Notes: generated by a model from the sequence alone, not told the origin. DNA of 41,703 nt from Thermoplasmata archaeon (GCA_030038885.1 JASHQY010000010.1:1-41703), one strand, 5' to 3'. Positions 1-8,763 are shown, counted from the first letter of the stretch. Translations and numbers: made by a program.

Positions 1-361
1 CCTCGGCGAGGTCCTCCCGGGGCACGGTGACGCGGGCCGAGGTCTCGCCCAGCAGTGTTGAGAACTCGTCAAGGTCGAACGGCCGCTCGAGCGCGATCAA
101 GGGCATCGGTGTTCCGGTCGCGGGAGTTGGGGCCAGGCCGGAGGACGTGGGGGAGGGGGTGGAGGGGGTGGACGGGGTCCGGGCGACCGGGGGGGACGGA
201 GCGGGCGGTCCCTTGACCGAGAGGGCGGGGTCCTTCGGGGGATACTTGTCGAGCACGGGGGAGGCGTCCCGGCCCACGAACCGTGGGGGGGCCGCCGCGC
301 GGCGTCGTCCGGGCGGGGAGTGGGAGCGCTTCTTCCGCGGCGGGGTTCGCTGGCGCGGCAT
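1..361 (-). CDS. hypothetical protein, N-terminal part only (runs off left edge). It has a basic N-terminus and a Pro/Ser/Thr-rich linker.
   Basis: My own reverse-complement translation: ATG at 361-359, open to position 1 (MPRQRTPPRKKRSHSPP...TPSTPSTPSPTSSGLAPTPATGTPMPLIALERPFDLDEFSTLLGETSARVTVPREDLAE). Third codon positions are almost all G/C, as in the confident genes. It is absent from the ORF track because there is no stop in the window. An alternative in-frame start is ATG 106-104. Confidence 0.4.
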   Translation of the reverse strand, partial: MPRQRTPPRKKRSHSPPGRRRAAAPPRFVGRDASPVLDKYPPKDPALSVKGPPAPSPPVARTPSTPSTPSPTSSGLAPTPATGTPMPLIALERPFDLDEFSTLLGETSARVTVPREDLAE

Positions 362-629
362 GCTCACCCCCCGGGAGACCCGTGAGAGGATAAACTACCG
401 GGCGAGGAGGGTCTCACGGTGGGAGCGCCTACCAGGGAAGCGGTCTTCGGGCGCAAGGTCCGTCCAAAGGGCTGGTTTTCGGGGTTTGTAGCGAAGAAGA
501 CCGTGCGACCGTCCGTCACGGAGCGCGTTCTTTGTAGCGCTAGTGACGACACATGGATTATGTAGGTTGGAGTGGGTGGTGCGGAAGAGCCGCCCCGCAT
601 GCGGGGGGGCCCGAAATGGAGAAACGAGA

Positions 630-2342
630 ATGCCGGCACGCGTGATGAAGGAGTTCCAAGCCCCCCGGGGCCTCCCCCGGAAGACGGCCTCGGTTTGCCC
701 CGAATGCATCAAGGTCATCCCGGCGATCGTCCGGGAGAAGGACGGCCGGGTCATCATGGAGAAGACCTGCCGTACCCACGGCTACTTCTGGGACATCATC
801 TCGAACGACGTCGACTTCTACCTCCGGATGGAGGTGTACGCGCACGATGGGGTCGGCTACGAGAACCCCTACTACGACAAGTTCCGCGGATGCCCGACGA
901 CCTGCGGAATGTGCAGCCACCACAAGTCCCACACGGGCCTCGCGCTGATCGATCTGACGAACCGCTGCAATCTGAAGTGCCCGGTCTGCTTCGCGAACGC
1001 GAACGCCGCCGGCTACGTCTTCGAGCCGACGCGCGAGCAGATCCACTTCATGCTGAAGACGCTCCGGGAGCAGAAGCCGGTCGGAACGGTCGCGGTGCAG
1101 TTCTCGGGAGGGGAGCCGACCCTGTCCCCGCTCTTCCTGGACGCCGTCTCGATGGCCCGGGACCTCGGGTTCAAGCAGGTCCAGGTCGCGACGAACGGTA
1201 TCCGGGTCGCGAACGAGCCCGGCTTTGCCCAGGCGTGCCGCGACTCGGGCCTCCACACGCTCTACCTGCAGTTCGACGGGCTGGACGACGAGATCTACCG
1301 GAAGGTCCGGGGGGTCCCGCTGCTGAAGGTCAAGCAGAAGGCGATCCAGGCGGCCCGCGAGACCCACTCCTCGGCCGCCGAGCTCGCGGCGGGCAAGCCG
1401 GACAAGCCGCTCTCGGTCGTGCTCGTCCCGACGCTGGTCGGCGGGTTCAATGAGAAGGAGATCTGGCCGACCGTCAAGTTCGCGATCGACAACATCGACG
1501 TCGTGCGGGGCGTCAACTTCCAGCCGGTCGCGCTGACCGCGCGGATCCCCGACAAGGACCGCTTCCAGATGCGGTTCACCCAGTCGGACCTGGTGCGGAT
1601 CCTGTGCACGGAGGGGCCCTTCGAGAAGTCGGACTTCTTCCCGGTCCCGTCGGTGGCACCGATCTCCGAGCTCGTCTCGATCATCCACGGGGAGGAGAAG
1701 ATGACCCTGACCACCCACCCCGGCTGCGGGTGCGCGACGTTCGCCTTCATCTCCCAGGACGGGCAGAAGATCACGCCGCTCCCCCGGTTCATGGACGTCG
1801 ACGGGTTCTTCGAGAACGTCGAGTCGATGATCGAGAAGTACCGGGACGCGCGGTTCTCGCGGGTCCGCACGGCCGTCGCGGGCGCCCGCCTGCTGCACGA
1901 CGTGTCGAAGTTCTTCGATTTCTCGAAGGCTCCGGAAGGGCTCAGCGAGAAGAACTGCGTCAAGGTGATCGCGGGGATCTTCACCGAGGGGAACAAGGAA
2001 GCCCTCGCGAAGTTCACCTGGCGCACGCTCTACATCGGGAACATGCACTTCCAGGACGCGTACGACTACGATATCCAGCGCCTGATGCGCTGCGACATCC
2101 ACTACGCGGTCCCGGACGGGCGGGTCATCCCGTTCTGCTCGTACAACTCGGGCCCGATCTACCGGACGGAGGTCGAGAAGAAGTTCTCGATCCCGATCCC
2201 GGACTGGCAGGCCGCGAAGAAGCAGGGCGGCTCGCCGCTGAAGACCATCGAGACGATGGGGGTCAACGGCGAGGTCGTGGTCGACCCCGAGTACTACAAG
2301 GTCCGGGCGCTCAAGGGCGCGCCGGGCATGTCCTCGGCGTAG
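630..2342 (+). CDS. radical SAM protein of the MJ0619/Tes family (probable tetraether lipid synthase)
   Basis: ORF 543..2342. I moved the start to ATG 630 because GGAG lies at 617-620 and codons 543-629 have A/T-rich third positions, unlike the rest. Motifs: N-terminal Zn-ribbon CPEC...C.THG, radical-SAM cluster motif CNLKCPVC (CX3CX2C), GGEPTL SAM motif, and a long C-terminal domain. Confidence 0.85.
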   Translation: MPARVMKEFQAPRGLPRKTASVCPECIKVIPAIVREKDGRVIMEKTCRTHGYFWDIISNDVDFYLRMEVYAHDGVGYENPYYDKFRGCPTTCGMCSHHKSHTGLALIDLTNRCNLKCPVCFANANAAGYVFEPTREQIHFMLKTLREQKPVGTVAVQFSGGEPTLSPLFLDAVSMARDLGFKQVQVATNGIRVANEPGFAQACRDSGLHTLYLQFDGLDDEIYRKVRGVPLLKVKQKAIQAARETHSSAAELAAGKPDKPLSVVLVPTLVGGFNEKEIWPTVKFAIDNIDVVRGVNFQPVALTARIPDKDRFQMRFTQSDLVRILCTEGPFEKSDFFPVPSVAPISELVSIIHGEEKMTLTTHPGCGCATFAFISQDGQKITPLPRFMDVDGFFENVESMIEKYRDARFSRVRTAVAGARLLHDVSKFFDFSKAPEGLSEKNCVKVIAGIFTEGNKEALAKFTWRTLYIGNMHFQDAYDYDIQRLMRCDIHYAVPDGRVIPFCSYNSGPIYRTEVEKKFSIPIPDWQAAKKQGGSPLKTIETMGVNGEVVVDPEYYKVRALKGAPGMSSA

Positions 2343-2350
2343 GGCATCGC

Positions 2351-2373
2351 CCGGGGAGGTTCCGCCTCCCCGG
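2351..2373. terminator. GC-rich hairpin between convergent genes (possible bidirectional terminator)
   Basis: CCGGGGAGG (2351-2359) and CCTCCCCGG (2365-2373) are perfect reverse complements with a 5-nt loop. The hairpin lies between the stop of the radical-SAM gene (2342) and the stop of the SWIM gene (2393). A T-containing tract (tctattctt) follows. Confidence 0.35.
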
Positions 2374-2392
2374 TGACAACCCCTTCGGCCGT

Positions 2393-2851
2393 CTATTCTT
2401 CGACCCCTTCGAACAGCGTGGCGCCCGCGCGCCGCCACCGCTGCGCAGCCGGCCCAGAGGCACGGCCCGACGACCCGAGTCGCTGGTCGATCCGCCGCCA
2501 GATCGCCGTCGCGGGGACCGGGGAGGGGGCGGCCGCGCGCGACGGTTTCGCGTCGGCGTGCTCGCCGAGCCAGCGGACCGCCGCCTCGATGTGCTTGCAC
2601 GTGCCCAGCCCGCGCCGGGCGAAGTCCGTGCACGTGCAGAGCGCGACGTCCCGCCCCGGGAATTCCGGGAGCATCACGAGGTACCCCGTGCCGTGCAGCG
2701 GGTTGCGCACCTCGAGGAGAGGGTACGGCTGCCGGGAGCGGAGTCGAACATCGAGCGGCTCCTCGAGCGAGCGGGTCCGTCGCTGGTCGACCGCGTCCGG
2801 CCGGGCCGGCGGAGGGACGCGCCGCCCCGGCTCGCGGGCTCGGGGGGACAT
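2393..2851 (-). CDS. SWIM zinc-finger domain protein
   Basis: ORF 2393..2851 with ATG at 2851. CTCTDFARRGLGTCKHIEAA fits the CxCx(n)CxH SWIM signature. Confidence 0.75.
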   Translation of the reverse strand: MSPRAREPGRRVPPPARPDAVDQRRTRSLEEPLDVRLRSRQPYPLLEVRNPLHGTGYLVMLPEFPGRDVALCTCTDFARRGLGTCKHIEAAVRWLGEHADAKPSRAAAPSPVPATAIWRRIDQRLGSSGRASGPAAQRWRRAGATLFEGVEE

Positions 2852-2991
2852 GCCCGCCCCAGGGCCCCCGGCTCCTTATCCCGCGCGGTCGGTCGAGGGA
2901 GACCGGGCAAACGTAGAAATGGCGCCAGCACCCCGTCCTCGCCCATGACGCGCTCCCGGCCGGTGGGGGCCGGCGCCCACGTCGGTCACCG

Positions 2992-4341
2992 ATGATCAAC
3001 GCCACCACCGAGTTCATCACCGGCCTCTTCCTGCTGGTGGCCTCCGCGGTCATCGTCGGGGAGATCTTCACCCACTTCGGCCAGGCCGCCCTGGTCGGGC
3101 AGCTCCTGGTCGGGGTGCTCCTCGGCCCCACGCTGCTCGGCGACACGCTCGGGATCACGTCGGCCAGCGTCGCCCCGGAGTTCACGGGCCTCCAGACGCT
3201 CGCGACGTTCTTCATCCTCCTGATGGCCGGCCTCTCGGTGAGCCCGAAGGCCCTGCGGGAGACGGGGCTCCCCTCGGCGCTCCTCGGCATCGGGATGTTC
3301 TTCATCCCGTTCCTCTTCGGCGCCGGCCTCGTCCACCTCCTGTACCCCCAGTTCGGCTCGCTGCTCGACCTGTTCGTCGCGCTCGCGATCTCGATCACCG
3401 CGCTGCCCGTGCTCGGCGTGATGCTTCGGGAGTTCGACCTGCTCGACACGCGGTTCGGGGTCACGCTCCTGAACGGATCGGTCGTGAACGAGCTCGCGGC
3501 CGTTACCGTGTTCGCGATCCTCCTCCGCCTCGAAGCGCGCGGCGGGAGCGCGCTCGGCAGCATCGGGATCGCGGTCGGGACGGCCTTCCTCTTCCTCGGC
3601 ACGGTCGTCGCGGCCTACTTCGTCCTGCGGTACCTGGGCGACCGGCCCGGATGGAAGCGGTTCGTCCAGCGGTTCCGCGCCACGTGGAACACCCGCGAGG
3701 CCGGGTTCGCGCTCCTGATCGTGGTCGGCCTCGCGTCGGCCCTCTACTCGCAGTTCCTCGGGCTGACGTTCATCGTCGGCGCGTTCTACGCGGGGATCCT
3801 GATCACGCCCGAAGTCACCGGCCCGAAGGTGCACCGATCGATCAGCCTGGTCTTCGACTCGGTCACGTGGGGGTTCTTCATCCCGCTGTTCTTCGCGCTG
3901 GTCGGCTACGACACGAACTTCCGGCTGATCGGCATCAGCTACGTCGCGCTGATCGCGTTCTCGGCGATCGTGATCTACGCGGTCGCCTCGAAGTTCCTGG
4001 TCGGGGCGGCGCTCGCGCGCGCGCTCAGCTGGTCGGTCGACGAGTCGTTCTCGGCGGGGTTCCTGATCACGAGCCGCGGCGCGGTCGAGCTCGCGATGGC
4101 GGTCATCCTCGTGGGGCTCGGAGTGTTCAACCAGACGGAGTTCACGATCGTGGCCGGTGCGGGTCTCATCACGACGATCGTCGCGCCGCTCGGCGCCCGG
4201 CCGTTCGTGACCGCGATGAAGGCGGCCCGGTACCGCGCGCGCAGGGCGGTCGGGCCCCCGCCGCCGGAGTGGGTCGGCACGGTCTACCTGCCGCCGGGGC
4301 CGGTCTCCGAGCGCCCGGACCTTCCGGTCACGGGCCGCTAG
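2992..4341 (+). CDS. cation:proton antiporter (CPA2 / Na_H_Exchanger family, Kef/NapA-like)
   Basis: 449-aa polytopic membrane protein. The N-terminus GEIFTHFGQAALVGQLLVGVLLGP and the overall repeated hydrophobic pattern are typical of this family. Confidence 0.85.
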   Translation: MINATTEFITGLFLLVASAVIVGEIFTHFGQAALVGQLLVGVLLGPTLLGDTLGITSASVAPEFTGLQTLATFFILLMAGLSVSPKALRETGLPSALLGIGMFFIPFLFGAGLVHLLYPQFGSLLDLFVALAISITALPVLGVMLREFDLLDTRFGVTLLNGSVVNELAAVTVFAILLRLEARGGSALGSIGIAVGTAFLFLGTVVAAYFVLRYLGDRPGWKRFVQRFRATWNTREAGFALLIVVGLASALYSQFLGLTFIVGAFYAGILITPEVTGPKVHRSISLVFDSVTWGFFIPLFFALVGYDTNFRLIGISYVALIAFSAIVIYAVASKFLVGAALARALSWSVDESFSAGFLITSRGAVELAMAVILVGLGVFNQTEFTIVAGAGLITTIVAPLGARPFVTAMKAARYRARRAVGPPPPEWVGTVYLPPGPVSERPDLPVTGR

Positions 4342-4407
4342 GTCGGCGGGGCGGGCCACCCCCCACCGCCTCGGCACGGTTATCTTCCCGCCGCCGCGTC
4401 CCGGTCG

Positions 4408-4632
4408 ATGTCCGGCGAAGCGGCGGCGCCGAGGGCCCCGGCCCGGCGGGGACTGACCCGAATCCAGAAGATCGGGCTCGGTCTCCTCTCGACGCTGGTG
4501 GGCCTCGCGCTCCTGTCGTCCCTCCTCCCCTCGGCGCCCGAGCGGCTCGGCTACGTGCTCCCGGCGGCCGCCGTCGGTCTCCTCCTCCTCTGGATCGGGG
4601 GGATCCTCATGGGGATCGGAAGCCGGTCGTGA
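4408..4632 (+). CDS. small membrane protein (two predicted TM helices)
   Basis: 74-aa ORF with two hydrophobic stretches (IGLGLLSTLVGLALLSSLL and AAAVGLLLLWIGGILMGIG). Its TGA (4630-4632) overlaps the GTG (4629) of the next gene. Confidence 0.5.
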   Translation: MSGEAAAPRAPARRGLTRIQKIGLGLLSTLVGLALLSSLLPSAPERLGYVLPAAAVGLLLLWIGGILMGIGSRS

Positions 4633-5294
4633 CCGCTCTCCCGGGCGGGCCGCCACCGTGGTCGCTGGTCAGCGTCGACGTCGACGGGACCCTCACAACG
4701 GTCCATGGATGGCAGGTCATCGCGGGGCGCCTCGGCCGCCGTCGGGAGTTCGAGCGGACCCAGCGGCGCTTCCTCGCCCGCGAGATCGGAGAGGACGAGC
4801 ACCTCGAGGACATGCTCCGCCTCGCCGAGGGTCGGCGGATCGAGGAGGTCGAGGCGGCGCTCGACGCGACCCCCCACCTCCGCGAGATCGCGGCGGGGGT
4901 CCGGCTGCTCCACGACCAGGGCTCCCGCGTCGCGCTGCTGACCCACAACCCTCCGTACATCTGCGCGTGGTACGCCCGCCGGTTCGGGTTCGACGACTTC
5001 GACGGAACCGGCGCCCAGCCGGTGGTGGACGGCGTGATCGGCCGGCCGAGCGCGGTGCGGGCCGACAAGCCCGCCGGCCTCGCGCGGCTGGCCGCGCGGG
5101 CCGGGACCTCCTGGGACCGGGTCGTCCACGTCGGCGACGGGTGGGCGGACGCGGCGCTGTTCCCCCGCGTCGGCCGGGGGATCGCGCTCAACTCCCGGCT
5201 GCCGGAGGTCGATCGGGCCGCGGACCTCGCGCTCCACACGTCGAGCTTCCGGGCGGTCGCACGCCGCATTGGGTCCCTCGGTCCCCGGACGTGA
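4629..5294 (+). CDS. HAD-superfamily hydrolase (HAD-IB / phosphoserine-phosphatase-like)
   Basis: This is the C-terminal part of track ORF 3651..5294; I chose the GTG at 4629. Motifs: motif I SVDVDGTLT (DxDxT), LLTHN, and motif IV HVGDGWAD. Confidence 0.75.
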   Translation: MTALPGGPPPWSLVSVDVDGTLTTVHGWQVIAGRLGRRREFERTQRRFLAREIGEDEHLEDMLRLAEGRRIEEVEAALDATPHLREIAAGVRLLHDQGSRVALLTHNPPYICAWYARRFGFDDFDGTGAQPVVDGVIGRPSAVRADKPAGLARLAARAGTSWDRVVHVGDGWADAALFPRVGRGIALNSRLPEVDRAADLALHTSSFRAVARRIGSLGPRT

Positions 5295-5317
5295 ACTCTG
5301 ACCCCCGGTTCTCAGAA

Positions 5318-5326
5318 TTCTTATAG
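5318..5326 (+). promoter_or_regulatory. TATA-like box (TTCTTATAG) about 29 nt upstream of ATG 5351
   Basis: An isolated AT-rich octamer-scale element in GC-rich DNA. Its spacing to the start codon is typical of an archaeal leaderless transcript. Confidence 0.4.
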
Positions 5327-5350
5327 CAGGGAGCCCGCCTCGGTGGGCCG

Positions 5351-5932
5351 ATGGAGTACGTGATCCTCCGGGCGATCCACCCGTCCTGGCTCACGATGCA
5401 GCTCCCGCTCGAGGTCGGGGAGCTGATCCGATTCTGTCCGGAGGACCGGAGCGGCCCCGAGGCGAGCCGGGCGATCTCGTTCCTCGCCCGCGGTCCGGGG
5501 ATCGTGCGGGTGATCGCCACCCACCCGGCCCGCGAGGCGCTCGCGGTCGAGACCGTTCGGGGGCGGCTGCTCGCGACCGCGCGCCCCGGCCAGCGGCGCA
5601 TCTTCAGCCTCCCGACGGCGGTCCTCCGCCACCTGAACCTCCAGGTCTACTCCCGCGGACCCCGGGCGGGTCGGGGAACGGACGATCGAACGGTCTGGTT
5701 CGTCCCCGCGCCCGAGTACTACGAGTACCGCGCGGTCGTGGAGGCGGGCCGGGCCTGGTCGGGACCGTCGAACGGTCCGTTCGCCCACGTCTACGCCGCG
5801 AAGTCGCTGGTTCCCTTCCCGCGGGAGCTCGCCCAGCTCGCCGAGCTCGAGCTCCGGATCGAAGAGGAGGAGTGGCGGCCCGCGATCGAGACGCTGCAGC
5901 GCGTCGGGCGGGGTCGTCGGGTGGTCCTGTGA
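5351..5932 (+). CDS. hypothetical protein
   Basis: 193-aa ORF with normal amino-acid composition and GC-rich third positions. I recognised no motif. RRIFSLPTAVLRHLNL is vaguely AbrB/SpoVT-like. Confidence 0.6.
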   Translation: MEYVILRAIHPSWLTMQLPLEVGELIRFCPEDRSGPEASRAISFLARGPGIVRVIATHPAREALAVETVRGRLLATARPGQRRIFSLPTAVLRHLNLQVYSRGPRAGRGTDDRTVWFVPAPEYYEYRAVVEAGRAWSGPSNGPFAHVYAAKSLVPFPRELAQLAELELRIEEEEWRPAIETLQRVGRGRRVVL

Positions 5933-5995
5933 GCGGGGTCCCGGCCCGACGCCGAAGGGTTATCCGGCAGCTCCGGACGAGATTTTTGCCCAACG

Positions 5996-6004
5996 TTTTT
6001 ATAC
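5996..6004 (+). promoter_or_regulatory. TATA box (TTTTTATAC) about 28 nt upstream of ATG 6028
   Basis: One of the strongest AT-rich elements in the window. The spacing implies a leaderless mRNA. Confidence 0.5.
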
Positions 6005-6027
6005 GGTGACTTGGGATAGTTCGGGCC

Positions 6028-6684
6028 ATGCGCGGACCGACGCCCGACGCGAAGCCGAATCCTCCGCGGTACACGCTCCGGAACCCCCTTCCGCTGCGGT
6101 CCGAGGCCGACATCCAGCGCACGCGGGCCGGCCTTCCGACCGACGCGGCCCTGACGGACGTCACGGGCCCGGTCGACTTCGACTCGCTCGCGAAGGCGAT
6201 CCGCCGCTCGGTCGGACACGAGGGGATGCGTCCCGAGGACGCCCGCTCGATCGCGGCCCACGTGCTGAACTTCTTCGGGTTCAACGAGCGGATCATCGAC
6301 AACGTGCTGGAGCCGGACGATCGCGACACGTTCTACATGCTCGAGGACACCGGCATCCTCGAGACCGAGCGCGACGAGACGACGCTCTACGACGGCCGGG
6401 AGTGGCGGATCCACTACTGGATGTTCCGCAAGGACCGGATCTTCGAGCTCGCCCGGGAGGAGAGCGCCGCGATGGCGGCCGCCGGCGAGCAGGAGATCGT
6501 CTACTCCTCGAACGCGGCGCGCTCGGGGGGCTTCCATCTGCCCCACGGCGAGCACGGCACCGGCCTCCCCGCCCACGCGGTCTACCACGAGCTCGGGGAC
6601 GAGATCTGGCTCGAGCGCCGGCAGAACCCGATGGCCCCCCCGCCCCCGACGGGCCACGGCCGCCGGCACCCCGCCGACGAGTAG
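6028..6684 (+). CDS. conserved-looking archaeal hypothetical protein
   Basis: 218-aa ORF with a well-formed globular core (HVLNFFGFNERIIDNVLEPDDRDTFYMLEDTGILETERDETTLYDGREWRIHYWMF). I cannot name a family. Confidence 0.65.
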   Translation: MRGPTPDAKPNPPRYTLRNPLPLRSEADIQRTRAGLPTDAALTDVTGPVDFDSLAKAIRRSVGHEGMRPEDARSIAAHVLNFFGFNERIIDNVLEPDDRDTFYMLEDTGILETERDETTLYDGREWRIHYWMFRKDRIFELAREESAAMAAAGEQEIVYSSNAARSGGFHLPHGEHGTGLPAHAVYHELGDEIWLERRQNPMAPPPPTGHGRRHPADE

Positions 6685-6723
6685 CCGGAACCGCTTAATC
6701 GGCGGGGCGGGTCGCGCCCGCCG

Positions 6724-7350
6724 ATGCGCCGCATCCTCCTGCTCGCGCACCGCGTCCCGACGACCGGGAACTTCACGCTGAACGACCTCGCGGGGGGCGC
6801 CGGGCGGATGGACGAGGTCGCCCGCGCGGTCTCGACCGCCTTCACGACGTCGAACGACCTTCGGCGCGACACCGAGATGACGATCCTGTTCTCGTCCGAG
6901 CCCCCGCCGGCCGCCCGGAAGATCGAGCTCGTCGGGGCGCGCCTTCGCTACCTGAACCCCGACGAGCGCTCGACCGCGGCGCTGCTCAAGAACGCCCTCG
7001 TGCGCTCGATCGGCTTCCCGCGGGAGCTCGAGTCGTCCCCCGGCCTCCGGGTCGCCCCGGCCGATCCCGCGCGCGAGCTGGCCGCGTTCCTCCAGCGCCC
7101 GGGCGCGCTCTGGCTGACCGAGGACGGAACGCCCCTCGAGGACTCCCCGTTCGCCGGCGGCGACGTCGGCGTGGTCCTCTCCGACCCGTACGACCCGAGC
7201 GACGCCGAACTCGCGCTGCTCCGGGGGTCGAACGTCCCGCGACGTTCGGTCGGGCCGCGCCGCCTGCGCAGCTCCCAGGTGATCGACGTCGTGCAGAACG
7301 CGCTCGACCGGGCCGAGACCGAGCGCCGGCCGCCCCCTTCCGAACGCTAG
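6724..7350 (+). CDS. trmY: tRNA (pseudouridine54-N1)-methyltransferase TrmY (SPOUT, DUF358)
   Basis: The N-terminus NFTLNDLAGGAGRMDEVARAVSTAF..DLRRD and the block NPDERSTAALLKNAL match my recollection of the Mj1640 TrmY pattern (LKDLPGSCGRLDLLCRCV...IRRD, SPDERN). Confidence 0.75.
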   Translation: MRRILLLAHRVPTTGNFTLNDLAGGAGRMDEVARAVSTAFTTSNDLRRDTEMTILFSSEPPPAARKIELVGARLRYLNPDERSTAALLKNALVRSIGFPRELESSPGLRVAPADPARELAAFLQRPGALWLTEDGTPLEDSPFAGGDVGVVLSDPYDPSDAELALLRGSNVPRRSVGPRRLRSSQVIDVVQNALDRAETERRPPPSER

Positions 7351-8378
7351 CGGGCGACGAGCGAGGGAGGGCGCCCCGTGCCCGACCTCAGCGCGTCCCG
7401 CACGGTCCGGGGCCGCAGTCCCCCGATCACCGCCGTGAGGCGGACGACCTCCCGCGGTTCGGGGCGGATCCGCGTGCCGAAGACGAGCTTCTGCGGCTCC
7501 CCGAGGCGCTGGCGCATCGCGCGGAGCACCCGGTCGAGCGTACGGAGCGTCAGGTTCGCCCCGCCGTCGAGGTGGACGATCGCGGAGACGCCGTCGGACA
7601 GCTGGTAGTCGAGCAGCGAGTCCGAGAGCGCCTGCTGGACGAGGCGTTCGGGCTCCGACACGTGGTACTCGCCGACGACGAGCGTCGAGAGGCCCGCTTC
7701 CCGCAGGTGGTTCTTCAGGCTCGCGAGGTCGACGTTCAGCTGCGACGGGTTCTCGACCATGTCGACGAGGCTCGAGACCAGCGAGTGCAGGTAGGCGTTC
7801 CGCACGTGGAAGACGCGGTGGATCGGGAGCGACTCGAACCGGCGCAGCTTCTCGTTGGCGAGGGCCAGCAGGAGGCCGCCCATCTCCTCGAGCTCGCCGA
7901 GGGTCGCCTCGACGTTCTCGCGGCGGCCGGGGTTCGTGTCGAGCTCGACCTGGAACGGAAGGAAGACGACCGGCACCGGGAGCGTCTCGGTCGCCCGGAG
8001 CTCCCGAGCGAAGAACGGCAGGAGCGCGCTCCCGGTCCCGCCGCCGAGCCCGGCGAGCAGGAAGACGATCTCGAACGGCGCGAGCCGTCGGAGGACCTCC
8101 TCCTTGCTCTCCTCCGCGGCGCGGAGGACCGACGCGCGGTCCCCTCCGCTGCCCCGTCCCCGGAGCTCGCGCGCGCCGAGGAGGATCCGCTCCTCGACCC
8201 CCATCCGCAGCAGGTGCTTCGCGTCGGTGTTGACCGCGAACGCCCGGACCCCGGGGATCCCGAGGGTCACGAGGTCCTGGGCCGCCTCGCTACCGGCCCC
8301 GCCCAGGCCGACGACCGCGCACGGCGGGGCGAGCGCGAGGGACGCCCAGTTCTCGGGGGGCTTCGTGTCCGGGACCAT
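7347..8378 (-). CDS. ftsZ: FtsZ-family tubulin-like GTPase, a short divergent paralogue (FtsZ2-like context)
   Basis: Motifs: VVGLGGAGSEA (G1), VNTDAKHL (FtsZ NTD motif), GSGGD (T4-like), GLGGGTGSA (tubulin signature) and QLNVDLASL (T7-like N.D). It is only 343 aa, with no long C-terminal tail. Confidence 0.8.
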   Translation of the reverse strand: MVPDTKPPENWASLALAPPCAVVGLGGAGSEAAQDLVTLGIPGVRAFAVNTDAKHLLRMGVEERILLGARELRGRGSGGDRASVLRAAEESKEEVLRRLAPFEIVFLLAGLGGGTGSALLPFFARELRATETLPVPVVFLPFQVELDTNPGRRENVEATLGELEEMGGLLLALANEKLRRFESLPIHRVFHVRNAYLHSLVSSLVDMVENPSQLNVDLASLKNHLREAGLSTLVVGEYHVSEPERLVQQALSDSLLDYQLSDGVSAIVHLDGGANLTLRTLDRVLRAMRQRLGEPQKLVFGTRIRPEPREVVRLTAVIGGLRPRTVRDALRSGTGRPPSLVAR

Positions 8379-8393
8379 CGGTGCCCCGACCGC

Positions 8394-8759
8394 CTAGGGC
8401 GGAGGGGAGCCCTCGGCGACGACCGGTTCCCCCTCCCGGCGATGGGGTCGGGCCGACGGGCCGAGCTGTTCGATGCGGCCGCGGATGTACTCGCGCACCG
8501 CGGAGCGCACCGCGTCGTCCACGCTGACCGAATTGCCCTCGCGGACGAACTCCTCGAGCCGGCGGTTGTCCTGGCGCGAGAGCTCGACCACGACCTTCCG
8601 GACGTTCTGCGGCGGCAGATTGAGCTCGATGTACTGCTCGAGGCCGTCGCGGATCGTATCGGAGATCGTCGGCGTGTCCTTCGACTGCTGGATCTGCTTG
8701 AGCTTCTCGAGCAGCTCCTGCGGTATCCGGACCGTGACGCGCTCGGACGTGTCGACCAT
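8394..8759 (-). CDS. tandem ribbon-helix-helix (CopG/Arc/MetJ-like) DNA-binding protein, CdrS/CdrL-like context
   Basis: Two RHH-like repeats: ERVTVRIPQELLEKLKQI...ISDTIRDGLEQYI and RKVVVELSRQDNRRLEEFV...VDDAVRSAVREYI. I chose ATG 8759, because the ATG at 8801 lies only 17 nt from the centre of the TATA-like box and its extra codons span the palindrome. The stop lies 15 nt upstream of the ftsZ-like start. Confidence 0.7.
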   Translation of the reverse strand: MVDTSERVTVRIPQELLEKLKQIQQSKDTPTISDTIRDGLEQYIELNLPPQNVRKVVVELSRQDNRRLEEFVREGNSVSVDDAVRSAVREYIRGRIEQLGPSARPHRREGEPVVAEGSPPP

Positions 8760-8763
8760 GGAC

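Noticed and set aside
27-491. A plus-strand 154-aa ORF at the left edge.
   Set aside because: It is Gly/Arg/Val-rich and low-complexity. The opposite strand carries an ORF (361 to the window edge) with much better codon third-position bias. Beyond 361 the region looks intergenic.
543-629. A 29-codon N-terminal extension of the radical-SAM ORF, from the GTG at 543.
   Set aside because: Third codon positions here are A/T-rich, unlike the rest of the gene. The stretch contains the TGTAG boxes and the 14-bp palindrome. ATG 630 has a GGAG 10 nt upstream.
643-649. GTGATGA, resembling a C/D-box sRNA C box.
   Set aside because: It lies inside the first codons of the radical-SAM gene. I found no matching D box (CTGA) or terminal stem at an appropriate distance.
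558-3602. A 1014-aa minus-strand ORF, together with similar giants: 13532..16069, 17048..19552, 10555..12606, 22500..23567 upstream part, 23017..25119, 30764..32812, the 39259..41691 upstream part, and many 200-700 aa ORFs.
   Set aside because: They are Arg/Ala/Gly/Pro/Asp-dominated with no motifs. They lie antisense or off-frame to genes with clear family signatures. Stop codons are rare in about 70% GC DNA, so these are frame artefacts.
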